From: a virus
DNA: 64,000 nt
IMG/VR virus record: IMGVR_UViG_3300027985_000286
Span: 64,001 to 128,000 of that record
Reading direction: 5' to 3' (one strand)
Of the stretch, positions 36,543 to 44,716 are shown one piece after another. The position numbers were made by a program, and so were the translations under genes. Under the pieces are notes generated by a model, which was given only the letters and a program-made list of their open reading frames with translations, was not told where the DNA came from and made no database searches. The number at the start of each line of letters is the position of its first letter. Position 1 is the stretch's first letter.

Positions 36543-37703
36543 ATGAAGCAGACCTTCAAAGTTCCTACCAGCAAGATGGATTGGGTCAAGGCCAGGGTTG
36601 CCAAGCTCAATAAGCGCGCTTCAAAGCACAGTTTGCCTGGTCTTTACCTGACAGTGACGGGGACTCACGTTGAGCGCATAGTAGCTGACCCTTCTGACCC
36701 GCATAGTCAAAAGATCTGGGTAGAGTACACTGATTACACCGTAGAAGGTGAAACTCCTATCATCAAGGGTTGGGAGTTTATTGGGCGTATTGACCACGTT
36801 GATGGTCATAACATTACGCTCAGTGTACCTGGTTGCGATACCCAAATACCCGATGAGTTCAAAGATAGAGCTCCGTTTTGCGACCATTGCCGGACGCACC
36901 GTCTTAAGAAGAAGTCGTACATCATTACAAGAGACGGAGAGTTCATGCAAATTGGCTCTGCGTGCTTGAAAGAATTCTTCGATCGTCCTGTGGAGCAGCA
37001 GGTTCACAGGATGTCGGTGTTTGATGACATCGACCAGATGAATCAGAGCTGGGGGTTCAATGACTTCCGCCAGCCTTTGATGACCTCACTTGCGGTTGCG
37101 GCTGCGTCTATTCGGCAGTTTGGGTTCCAGAAGTCAGATTCTGAGAATCCAACCAAGCAGGACGTTATCACGTGGTTTAGCAGGGTTGGATGGCAGCATA
37201 AGGAACACCTCAAGCCTACTGTCAATGACCGCCGCATTGCTCGCAAGACTGTAAAGTGGGTGCGTCAGCAGAAAGCTAACAGCGAATTCATGCAGAACCT
37301 GCAAGCGTTTACGACTATGCGGTATGTGGACTTGAAGTACGCTGGGTTCCTTGCTGCTGCGGTTAACTCGTTCCTGCGGTCTGAGGCAGAGAAGAAAGAA
37401 AAAGAGGTTGTTGACAGTCATTGGGTTGGCAACATCAAGCAGCGCCTGGATCTGGATCTCACTTTGCAGCGAATGATTATCCGTGAGAACGAAGGTCACT
37501 ATGCTTACGCCTACGTTCCTAACTATACCTACATCCACATCTGGGTAGACGATGATGGAAATCGTTTCGTGTGGTTCGGTTCCAAGATCATTAGTGACGT
37601 GCCTGGAGAGCGTGTTAGCGTAAGGGGTACCGTTAAGGATCATAGTGAGTACAAGGGAATCAAGAATACGGTGCTTACCAGGGTTGTTGCCAAAGGGGCA
37701 TAA
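36543..37703 (+). CDS. Conserved phage protein with a Zn-binding CDHC..C motif and a C-terminal OB-fold-like domain
   Basis: GWEF.GRIDH, CDHC...R, QIGSACL; C-terminal DDDGN.FVW..S, V.GTVKDH.EY.GIK.T.LTR. Confidence 0.7.
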   Translation: MKQTFKVPTSKMDWVKARVAKLNKRASKHSLPGLYLTVTGTHVERIVADPSDPHSQKIWVEYTDYTVEGETPIIKGWEFIGRIDHVDGHNITLSVPGCDTQIPDEFKDRAPFCDHCRTHRLKKKSYIITRDGEFMQIGSACLKEFFDRPVEQQVHRMSVFDDIDQMNQSWGFNDFRQPLMTSLAVAAASIRQFGFQKSDSENPTKQDVITWFSRVGWQHKEHLKPTVNDRRIARKTVKWVRQQKANSEFMQNLQAFTTMRYVDLKYAGFLAAAVNSFLRSEAEKKEKEVVDSHWVGNIKQRLDLDLTLQRMIIRENEGHYAYAYVPNYTYIHIWVDDDGNRFVWFGSKIISDVPGERVSVRGTVKDHSEYKGIKNTVLTRVVAKGA

Positions 37704-37704
37704 T

Positions 37705-38022
37705 ATGAAACACATCATTGACATCGATACAGAGGCTCTTATCAAAGAAGCAGCGAGGTCAGCAGAGGCTGTTGCTCGTAAGTCAATCTCTGCTAACTTA
37801 GCACATAGGTTCCGTGGCCCACTAGGTTTTTGGGATTCCCCTGGTGGTGGTGATCTCTACGACCTTATGCTAGACAAGGTGAAAGACCTTGTCTCGAGCG
37901 ATGAGTTCGACCAGATGATCAACCGAATCATTCGGGAGAAGATGGAAGCGGCGGCTGACAGTGCAGTTAAAACGGCGTTGAACCATCTTGCTCGTAAAAA
38001 GGTTTTCCTGGAGAGAGTCTAG
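37705..38022 (+). CDS. Hypothetical protein
   Basis: ATG 37705 just after the previous stop. Confidence 0.65.
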   Translation: MKHIIDIDTEALIKEAARSAEAVARKSISANLAHRFRGPLGFWDSPGGGDLYDLMLDKVKDLVSSDEFDQMINRIIREKMEAAADSAVKTALNHLARKKVFLERV

Positions 38023-38024
38023 CC

Positions 38025-38321
38025 GTGTTTAACCTTTCTGAAATACCAGCTTGGCCTCAGCGACAAGATTCGCTTGCTGAACAGTTGTCAGACCTTCAAA
38101 TGGTTGCAGTTCGTCTTGGTATGTACGACGCAGCAGATGCCATTGTTCAGATGTACCCGAATCTTCCTAACCTGAAGTACGGCTGTCATTGTTGTTTAGG
38201 CACAGATAAAGAAGAGCCTGACGGTTGTGTTTTGGATGGTGGTTCAGTACGCTACTGTTTCTTAGCAACACAGTACGACAAGAAGGAAAAGTGCCCGTAT
38301 TGGAAGATAGTCACTTTGTGA
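38025..38321 (+). CDS. Cys-rich hypothetical protein
   Basis: YGCHC....PDGCVLD...C....KE.CPYW. Confidence 0.65.
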   Translation: MFNLSEIPAWPQRQDSLAEQLSDLQMVAVRLGMYDAADAIVQMYPNLPNLKYGCHCCLGTDKEEPDGCVLDGGSVRYCFLATQYDKKEKCPYWKIVTL

Positions 38322-38350
38322 CTAGTCTTGAAACCTTAGAGGTATTGGTT

Positions 38351-38764
38351 ATGAAAACGAAGAAGGTTACTCTTGAGGTTGAGGTTTCCGGCGGTGACTA
38401 CTGCTTTGACGAGGACTTTAACGGATGCCCTCATCTTACGTTGAGTTCTAACTCAACTTGCGCGCTTGGGTTCAAGCCGGAAATCGTCGATTTCCTTCAC
38501 ATCCGGAAAGATAGGGCTTGCGCAAACCTTCCGGATTGCCGCAACGACGATGCAGTGGATAATCAGAAGGAGTACCTGGTCTGTCACCCTGAAAAGGGGT
38601 TCTTTCGCGCATTCAGCAGTGTGGACATTGATGGATTTTTCCCTGAGCAGTGGACAGCTGATGAAGAGAAAGCGAAGGTTTTCACGGGTCGTCAGATTAA
38701 CGGGATTGTAAGGCTACACCCAAACCTGTTTGAGTTGTGCATGTTCAAGGTTAAGGAGGGCTGA
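38351..38764 (+). CDS. GDYC-family protein with an extra C-terminal domain (paralog 2)
   Basis: EVSGGDYC..C..CALGFKP..RKD.AC.NL; ATG 38351 with GAGGT RBS. Confidence 0.7.
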   Translation: MKTKKVTLEVEVSGGDYCFDEDFNGCPHLTLSSNSTCALGFKPEIVDFLHIRKDRACANLPDCRNDDAVDNQKEYLVCHPEKGFFRAFSSVDIDGFFPEQWTADEEKAKVFTGRQINGIVRLHPNLFELCMFKVKEG

Positions 38765-38767
38765 CAC

Positions 38768-39091
38768 GTGGAATTCCAGCAAGTTGCTTTAAAGACTGCA
38801 GTTGTACCTAAAGGGGACTACTGTTGGTCGGACGGGTCAGGGTGTAGGTGGTTCTGCCACGATTCTCCTGTAGAGAATAGGTGTTTGAGAGGGTTTAAGC
38901 CTTCAGAACCAGAAGACCCGTTCGAGATCATTAAAGACCCGGAATGTGCAAGGTTAACTGTCATTCGACCCCGTATCTGCTTGGCGAAACCTTTGCGTTC
39001 TATTAAAAAGGCTTTACACTACTGGAAGCCGACAAGGCTTACTCTAAAGGTAAACCCAAGAATTCACGCTTGGCTTTGGTGGAACTTCTAA
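38768..39091 (+). CDS. GDYC-family protein (paralog 3)
   Basis: VVPKGDYC..C..CLRGFKP..IKDPECARL; AAGGAGG RBS. Confidence 0.7.
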   Translation: MEFQQVALKTAVVPKGDYCWSDGSGCRWFCHDSPVENRCLRGFKPSEPEDPFEIIKDPECARLTVIRPRICLAKPLRSIKKALHYWKPTRLTLKVNPRIHAWLWWNF

Positions 39092-39105
39092 GGAGACATT
39101 ACATC

Positions 39106-39558
39106 ATGAATAGCATCAAGAAAGAGGATATGACACCTGGTTGTACTATCTTTACCGTGCATGCCTTTTTGGATGGCGGTTCTTACATTGAAGAGCTCCG
39201 GGTAGTCAACCTCACGTCGAAGGATAGTCACTTTTTCGTTGATGGTTCTGAGTCTGAAAGGGCCTCTCGTAGCCAAGATTTTTTCGATGCTGTGCACGTT
39301 GGTAATGACAGAAGAGAGCAGTACACCTTTTTTGTGTCCTACCTGGACATGAACATTGTTCCCAACGGTTACAACAACCACAGAGCCTTTGCTACCAGGG
39401 AGGAGGCAGAGCACTACAAGAATCACCCTGAAATCTGGAGTAACGGACAAGGTGGCGTATCTGCTGATATGCGCGATAGCTTCCTTGATGATCTTTGGGA
39501 TGACTACGAAGAGGCGTACCCCTTCGACCGATTCGACGAACCCGATAGCACTGTGTAG
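39106..39558 (+). CDS. Hypothetical protein
   Basis: AAGGAG RBS; S..D.NIVPN.YN.HR.F..REEAE.Y. Confidence 0.7.
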   Translation: MNSIKKEDMTPGCTIFTVHAFLDGGSYIEELRVVNLTSKDSHFFVDGSESERASRSQDFFDAVHVGNDRREQYTFFVSYLDMNIVPNGYNNHRAFATREEAEHYKNHPEIWSNGQGGVSADMRDSFLDDLWDDYEEAYPFDRFDEPDSTV

Positions 39559-39568
39559 GCCCCGGCCC

Positions 39569-39607
39569 AGAAGTCGTGGCAGAACGCCTCTCAGGCAGTC
39601 TGCCACG
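39569..39607. repeat. Copy 2 of the AGAAGTCGTGGCAGAACG-N8-GCAGTC motif, here part of a long hairpin
   Basis: CGTGGCAGA..GCCT-CTC-AGGC..TCTGCCACG at 39575-39607. Confidence 0.75.
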
Positions 39608-39609
39608 TA

Positions 39610-39638
39610 TTGCTGTTGTATGCCAGCGCTGCTAAACT
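39610..39638 (+). promoter_or_regulatory. Sigma70-like promoter of the topoisomerase operon
   Basis: TTGCTG-N17-TAAACT with TG extension. Confidence 0.55.
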
Positions 39639-39666
39639 ATGCTGGAAAATACACCAGGGAGGCACA

Positions 39667-41523
39667 ATGAGCGATAACCTACACTCGAAGTACAAGATGC
39701 TGGACGAGCGCGAGCACGTCCTTATGCGCCCGGGGCGTTACGTAGGAAGTATCAAAGACCACGAAGGGATGTGCTGGGTGATGGATACCTCGAAGAAGAG
39801 GTTCCATCACCAGATAGCAAAGTACAACCCAGCGTTCCTCAAGCTCTTCGATGAAATCATTACCAACTCAGTGGACTTCAGCAAGACACCTGAAGGTAAG
39901 CATCTAGATACCATTGAGGTGACCTGTAACGCAGAGGATGGCTTGATTGAGGTGAAGGACAACGGTGGCATTCCTGTTGTCGTGCACCCAGATTACGGAG
40001 TGTATGTGCCAGAGCTGATTTTCTCCAACCTGCGCGCCGGGTCGAATTTTGACGATACTGAGGACTCTGTAGGAGCAGGGCAGAACGGAGAAGGTGCTGC
40101 CCTGGTGGCAATCTTCAGCAAAGAGTTCCGTGTGAAGACTTGTGACGGAAAGAACTCTTTTGTCCAGGAGTACACTGAAAACCTGCTCTACAGGACAGCG
40201 CCTGTAGTAACCAAGTCTGGCGAGCGTGGTACTACCATCAGTTACCGGGCGGACTGTAGTACCCTAGGTACCAGGTTCGAGGATAGCGTTCACGCTATTG
40301 TTCGTCGGGTGTATGATGTTGCAGGCACTAACCCTAAACTCAAGGTGTTTCTTAACGGTCAGCGAATCGGACCGTTCAAGAGTTTTGGTGATTACGTGCT
40401 CCACTGCTACGGAGGCGGTGACGCATCTGACCTTGTGTTCGAAGAGCAGAAGGACTGGCGAGTGGGGGTTAGCGTATCTGACGATGGCTTCCAGCACATT
40501 TCATTTGTCAACTGTACTGAGACCAAAATCGGTGGTTCTCACGTTAACCATGTAGCCTATGGTATTGCAAACAAGTTGCGTGACGTGATCTTGAAGAAGC
40601 ACAAGGTTGATGTTAAACCGCAACAGATTATGCAGTACATGCGCATCTTCATTGATGCTACTCTGGTTCGTCCTCGTTATAGCTCTCAGACCAAGGATGA
40701 CCTTATTACCGAGGAACGCGAATTCCAGAGCAAGTTCACCCCAACAGATAAGTTCATTAATCAGGTTTTCACCAGCCCTGTTGTTGAGTCTGTTATGAAC
40801 TGGGTAATGGCAAAGCAGAGAGCGGAAGAGCTTGCAGAGCTGCAGAAGAAGCAGAAGCAGAAGAAAAAAGAGAGGATTGCGCAGCATATTGAGTGTATTG
40901 GAAAGGGAGGCCCCAACAAGCCCCGAGCCTTGCATTTGATGGAGGGGCTGTCTGCGTGCAACAATTTCATCAACGTCTACAACAGTGACATCCACGGCGC
41001 ATACCCTCTGCGCGGTAAGGTCCTTAACGTTCGCGAAGAGAAGCTCTCGGTAATCGCAAAGAACGCTGAGCTGATGAACATTATGGGCATCATGGGTCTC
41101 CAGATTGGAAAGCCGGCAACTGGGCTGAACTACGAGATCATCAGAATTACCACAGACATGGACTACGATGGTATATCCATTGCAGCCATGCTTATTAACT
41201 TTTTCAGCTTCTGGCCAGAACTGTTTGACGATGGTCGTATACAGGTCCTTCAGTCCCCGTTGTACGTTGCTTCTAAGGGTAAGAACGTTCTGCGCTACTA
41301 CTCGACCGAGGAGTACATGGATGATGTGAGCAAGGGTAAGCTCAAGGGGTATACTGTAAACCACATGAAGGGGTTGGGAAGCTTGTCTACTGACGACTAC
41401 GACGAGATGATCAACAACCCTCGTTTCATTATTGTACGTCGTGACCAAGAGGCTGAGAAGTACCTTGACATCGCCTTTGGTAGTGTTTCCCAGAAGCGCA
41501 AGAAGTGGTTGATGGAGAATTAA
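39667..41523 (+). CDS. gp39: DNA topoisomerase II large subunit (gp39 and gp60 in one chain; GHKL ATPase + TOPRIM)
   Basis: EHVL.RPG.Y.GS, KLFDEIITNSVD, V.DNGGIP, GQNGEGA, EGLSA, PLRGKVLN, DMDYDG, KGLGS. Confidence 0.96.
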   Translation: MSDNLHSKYKMLDEREHVLMRPGRYVGSIKDHEGMCWVMDTSKKRFHHQIAKYNPAFLKLFDEIITNSVDFSKTPEGKHLDTIEVTCNAEDGLIEVKDNGGIPVVVHPDYGVYVPELIFSNLRAGSNFDDTEDSVGAGQNGEGAALVAIFSKEFRVKTCDGKNSFVQEYTENLLYRTAPVVTKSGERGTTISYRADCSTLGTRFEDSVHAIVRRVYDVAGTNPKLKVFLNGQRIGPFKSFGDYVLHCYGGGDASDLVFEEQKDWRVGVSVSDDGFQHISFVNCTETKIGGSHVNHVAYGIANKLRDVILKKHKVDVKPQQIMQYMRIFIDATLVRPRYSSQTKDDLITEEREFQSKFTPTDKFINQVFTSPVVESVMNWVMAKQRAEELAELQKKQKQKKKERIAQHIECIGKGGPNKPRALHLMEGLSACNNFINVYNSDIHGAYPLRGKVLNVREEKLSVIAKNAELMNIMGIMGLQIGKPATGLNYEIIRITTDMDYDGISIAAMLINFFSFWPELFDDGRIQVLQSPLYVASKGKNVLRYYSTEEYMDDVSKGKLKGYTVNHMKGLGSLSTDDYDEMINNPRFIIVRRDQEAEKYLDIAFGSVSQKRKKWLMEN

Positions 41524-41525
41524 CA

Positions 41526-41843
41526 GTGGCTTCAATGGTAATAGACAGGTACAACAGCAGTGAGCTCAAGGTTTACGTCCAGGGTGAGCTTGTCGCCGAT
41601 ATGCACGTTTCGAAAGTTGGCAAGGCTGCGCTAACCAGAGCCTATAAGTCCGCAGTCAGTATGGCAACGGCTTTGGGCATGGACCTAGTCATCAACGATA
41701 AACCTGAATGGCTGGTTGTCAATTTGGCTAGTGAGTTACTAGGTGCAATGAACAACCCTACAGGTTCCAGGAGGCAGAGCGACATCATTGCTGACCTTGA
41801 GAGTGCAATGAAGGTTGCCTCAGCCAATAATCCTAGGAAGTAA
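41526..41843 (+). CDS. Hypothetical protein
   Basis: GGAG RBS before GTG 41526. Confidence 0.6.
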   Translation: MASMVIDRYNSSELKVYVQGELVADMHVSKVGKAALTRAYKSAVSMATALGMDLVINDKPEWLVVNLASELLGAMNNPTGSRRQSDIIADLESAMKVASANNPRK

Positions 41844-41845
41844 CC

Positions 41846-42214
41846 ATGGCGAAATACTGCAAGACTAGGAAGGCAGCAAAGAAGCTAGGCAGGCTCTACT
41901 ACAAGACAGGAGAGGCATGTTTTCGCGGCCACAATGCTCCTCGGTTTACGTCAACAGGTAAGTGCGTTGAATGCGATAAGCTCTACAAGGTCAGCCGCAG
42001 GAACGCAATCAAACTGGCAACACCACCTTGGGCAGACCTAGGAAAAATCCAGGAGTTGTATGACGAGTGCTTTGATAAAGGGCCAGACTATCATGTAGAT
42101 CATAATATACCTCTACAGGGTGATCTTGTGTGCGGACTGCACACCCATGATAATTTGCGTATTCTTCATGGGAGTGTTAATATGAGTAAGTCCAATAGAT
42201 ACGAGGTGGAGTGA
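41846..42214 (+). CDS. HNH endonuclease
   Basis: YKTGEAC.RGH...R....KCVEC Zn motif; YHVDH.IPLQG..VCGLH...NL..L....N.SK.N. Confidence 0.85.
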   Translation: MAKYCKTRKAAKKLGRLYYKTGEACFRGHNAPRFTSTGKCVECDKLYKVSRRNAIKLATPPWADLGKIQELYDECFDKGPDYHVDHNIPLQGDLVCGLHTHDNLRILHGSVNMSKSNRYEVE

Positions 42215-43590
42215 TGAGCGGACTTGACGATTTGCTTGATGACAACATTGAGAGTCCTTTGACGGGTGGGCCTGACTGGCCGAGATTGAGCACAGTCAGC
42301 CAGTACATTGATTGCAATTACCGAGACTACGCCAACTATGTGGTGTATTCGAGAGCAATCCCTCACATCATTGACGGGTTTAAACCCAGTCAGCGCAAGA
42401 TCTTCTTTACCGCCCTTAGCCATGCGTTGAACAGCGATGTCAAGACCGCTTCTCTTAGCGGTATGACTATTGCGTACTCCAACTATCATCATGGAGACGC
42501 CTCACTCAACGAGGCAATCAACGGTCTCACCGCAGAGTACAACAACAATCTTCCGGTTCTTAAGGGGAAAGGGTCGTTTGGTTCGCGCCTTGTTCAAGAG
42601 GCAGCTCAGGCAAGGTATACGAACGTACAAGTGAACAAGGAAGTCTTGAAGTATTTCATGGACTTTGAAATCTTGCCTCCGAGCGCAGACTCTGAAAACC
42701 CTGAACCTGAGTACTACCTACCAATCATTCCTTGGGTCCTGGTAAACGGAGTTCGAGGGATGGCGATTGGGTTCGCAACATCAATTCTACCGCGCAGCCC
42801 TGAGAACCTCAGTAAAGCATGCCAGAGCTTTTTGAAAGGTGATGATATTGATCCTTCTCTCTTGGTCCCTGTGTTCCCCAATTTTCGAGGAACTGTAGAT
42901 CAAGATCCATCAGACCCGCTCAGGTGGTTTGTGAAGGGGTCTTTTGAGAGGCAGGGTAAGACAGGCATACTCATCACAGAGGTTCCTTACGGTTACGATA
43001 GGGCCTCGTACATCGAGAAGCTTGAGTTACTGCGCAGTAAAGGGCGCATTACATCTTATGTTGACCGATGCAGTAAGGTGGGCTTCCGGTTCGAAGTCCG
43101 CATGAACGGCTTGGATAAGATGAGTGATGAAAAGGTTCTTAGTGACCTGTACCTGGTTAAGTCGTATAAAGAGAACATTGTTGTCATCAGCCAAGACACC
43201 AGCGTTCATGTGTTCGATAGTGCAGAGAGCCTGCTCAAGCAGTTTTGCACTGCTCGCTTGGAATTCTATTCTACTCGATACCAGTACCGCATAAAGAGAG
43301 ATACCGAAGATCTCGAAAAGACTGATGCCAAGATCAGGTTCATTGAAATGATCTTGGACCAGAGGATTACCATTGAAGGAAAGACTAAGGCCCAGCTGAT
43401 GAAGGAGTTGGCAGGTAGGGGTTTTGGTACTAACGTCCTAGACACACTCTTGTCCATGCCAATATATCACTTGTGCAAGGACAAGCTTGATGAGCTGAAG
43501 AGGAAGAGCAAGTCTCTGAGCAAAGACATTGTGACGTGGAAGAACACGAATAGTACCAAGGCATTCGTTAAAGACCTAGAAGGGGTGTGA
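42211..43590 (+). CDS. gp52: DNA topoisomerase II medium subunit gp52
   Basis: RAIP..IDGFKPSQRK, YHHGD.SL, G.FGSR...AA.ARYT (catalytic Tyr), P.IP.VLVNG..G.AIGFA. Confidence 0.96.
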   Translation: MMSGLDDLLDDNIESPLTGGPDWPRLSTVSQYIDCNYRDYANYVVYSRAIPHIIDGFKPSQRKIFFTALSHALNSDVKTASLSGMTIAYSNYHHGDASLNEAINGLTAEYNNNLPVLKGKGSFGSRLVQEAAQARYTNVQVNKEVLKYFMDFEILPPSADSENPEPEYYLPIIPWVLVNGVRGMAIGFATSILPRSPENLSKACQSFLKGDDIDPSLLVPVFPNFRGTVDQDPSDPLRWFVKGSFERQGKTGILITEVPYGYDRASYIEKLELLRSKGRITSYVDRCSKVGFRFEVRMNGLDKMSDEKVLSDLYLVKSYKENIVVISQDTSVHVFDSAESLLKQFCTARLEFYSTRYQYRIKRDTEDLEKTDAKIRFIEMILDQRITIEGKTKAQLMKELAGRGFGTNVLDTLLSMPIYHLCKDKLDELKRKSKSLSKDIVTWKNTNSTKAFVKDLEGV

Positions 43591-43647
43591 TATGTGGCCT
43601 TTACGGGATTCTGCGGTATTTGCGCATTCTCAAGTTGACGGGACAGA

Positions 43648-44682
43648 ATGCTCTGGTTAGACACCAAGTACGTTAACCTGGTTTCGTTTCATCTTCAGGG
43701 GTTTGTCCAAAAAAAGGTAAACCTCTGGAACTCCTGGTGCTTGATTTGTGGAGACGATGACCATAAAAAAGGCAAGCGTTTCTACATACACCAAGGAAAG
43801 AGGGACCACTCTCAGGACTTGATGTGCACGTGTCATAACTGCGGATACCATAAGGAGCTACGCTGGTTCTTACGCGACGTAGACGTGCTGCTTTACAGAG
43901 AGTATACACTAGAGCGCTTTACACAAGAAGTCGCGGCAGAACGCTTCTCAGGCGGTCCTAGCTACACTGTTAAGCAGACTGCTAGCACGCTTCCTGCTGT
44001 AGGCGACGACATCCTAACTGGGTTGCAGCGCATTAGCGAACTGCACCCCAACCATAGCGCAAGGGTTTACTGCGTTGAACGCAAGATTCCTGACTTCGCG
44101 ATGGACGAGTTTCGTTGGAGTGATGATTTCAAAGCTGTTGCATCGAAGCTGAATGCCGAGTCGGCTAGAGATCTTCGAGAGAATGATCCCAGGATTGTTA
44201 TACCGTTCCTTGACGCTGATAACGATGTTACAATAATACAGGGCAGAACGATCGACCAAATGGTCAAGCCCAAGTACATAGCGATCAAGATGAACGACAG
44301 TGTTGACAAGGTTTACGGTCTATCACGGGTCGACAGGAGCCGACCAATCATAGTCCTAGAAGGACCCGTCGATAGCCTATTTGTTGATAACGCTGTTGCT
44401 ACAGGTGATAGCGACTTGACTAGGTTTAGTGCAGGATCGTCTTATGTCTTTGACAACCAACCTAGGAGCTACGAGATTGTCAAGAAGGTTCAAAGGGCTA
44501 TTAGCCAGGGATACCCGGTTTTCCTATGGTCGTCTGCTATGCTTGGTTTCGACGGCAAGGACATTAACGACCTTGTAAGAGAAGGAAAGGTAGAAGCTAA
44601 GGATCTGCATAACATCATTATGGACCACACTTACACTGGAATGAAGGCAAGGATGGAATTTATACGATGGCGCAAAGTGTGA
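43648..44682 (+). CDS. gp61: DNA primase gp61
   Basis: W.D.KY, C.ICGD....K.RFY, CHNCG, RIVIPF, QGR, EGPVDSLF, FDNQPR, KDIND. Confidence 0.95.
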   Translation: MLWLDTKYVNLVSFHLQGFVQKKVNLWNSWCLICGDDDHKKGKRFYIHQGKRDHSQDLMCTCHNCGYHKELRWFLRDVDVLLYREYTLERFTQEVAAERFSGGPSYTVKQTASTLPAVGDDILTGLQRISELHPNHSARVYCVERKIPDFAMDEFRWSDDFKAVASKLNAESARDLRENDPRIVIPFLDADNDVTIIQGRTIDQMVKPKYIAIKMNDSVDKVYGLSRVDRSRPIIVLEGPVDSLFVDNAVATGDSDLTRFSAGSSYVFDNQPRSYEIVKKVQRAISQGYPVFLWSSAMLGFDGKDINDLVREGKVEAKDLHNIIMDHTYTGMKARMEFIRWRKV

Positions 44683-44716
44683 GTTAAAATAACGCGTCAG
44701 TCAAAGGATAGAACCA

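Noticed and set aside
39569-39607. Hairpin-ribozyme loop A resemblance (AGAA opposite AGUC) in the repeated motif
   Set aside because: The helix register is off by one and no loop B domain is visible
39667-41523. Translational bypass (T4 gene 60-like hop) in the topoisomerase
   Set aside because: The ORF is continuous through the TOPRIM motifs with no coding gap
40501-41535. Long antisense ORFs (344 aa here; 268 aa at 28044-28850; 210 aa at 15392-16024 and others)
   Set aside because: Shadows of strongly codon-biased sense genes; no RBS, promoter or recognisable motifs
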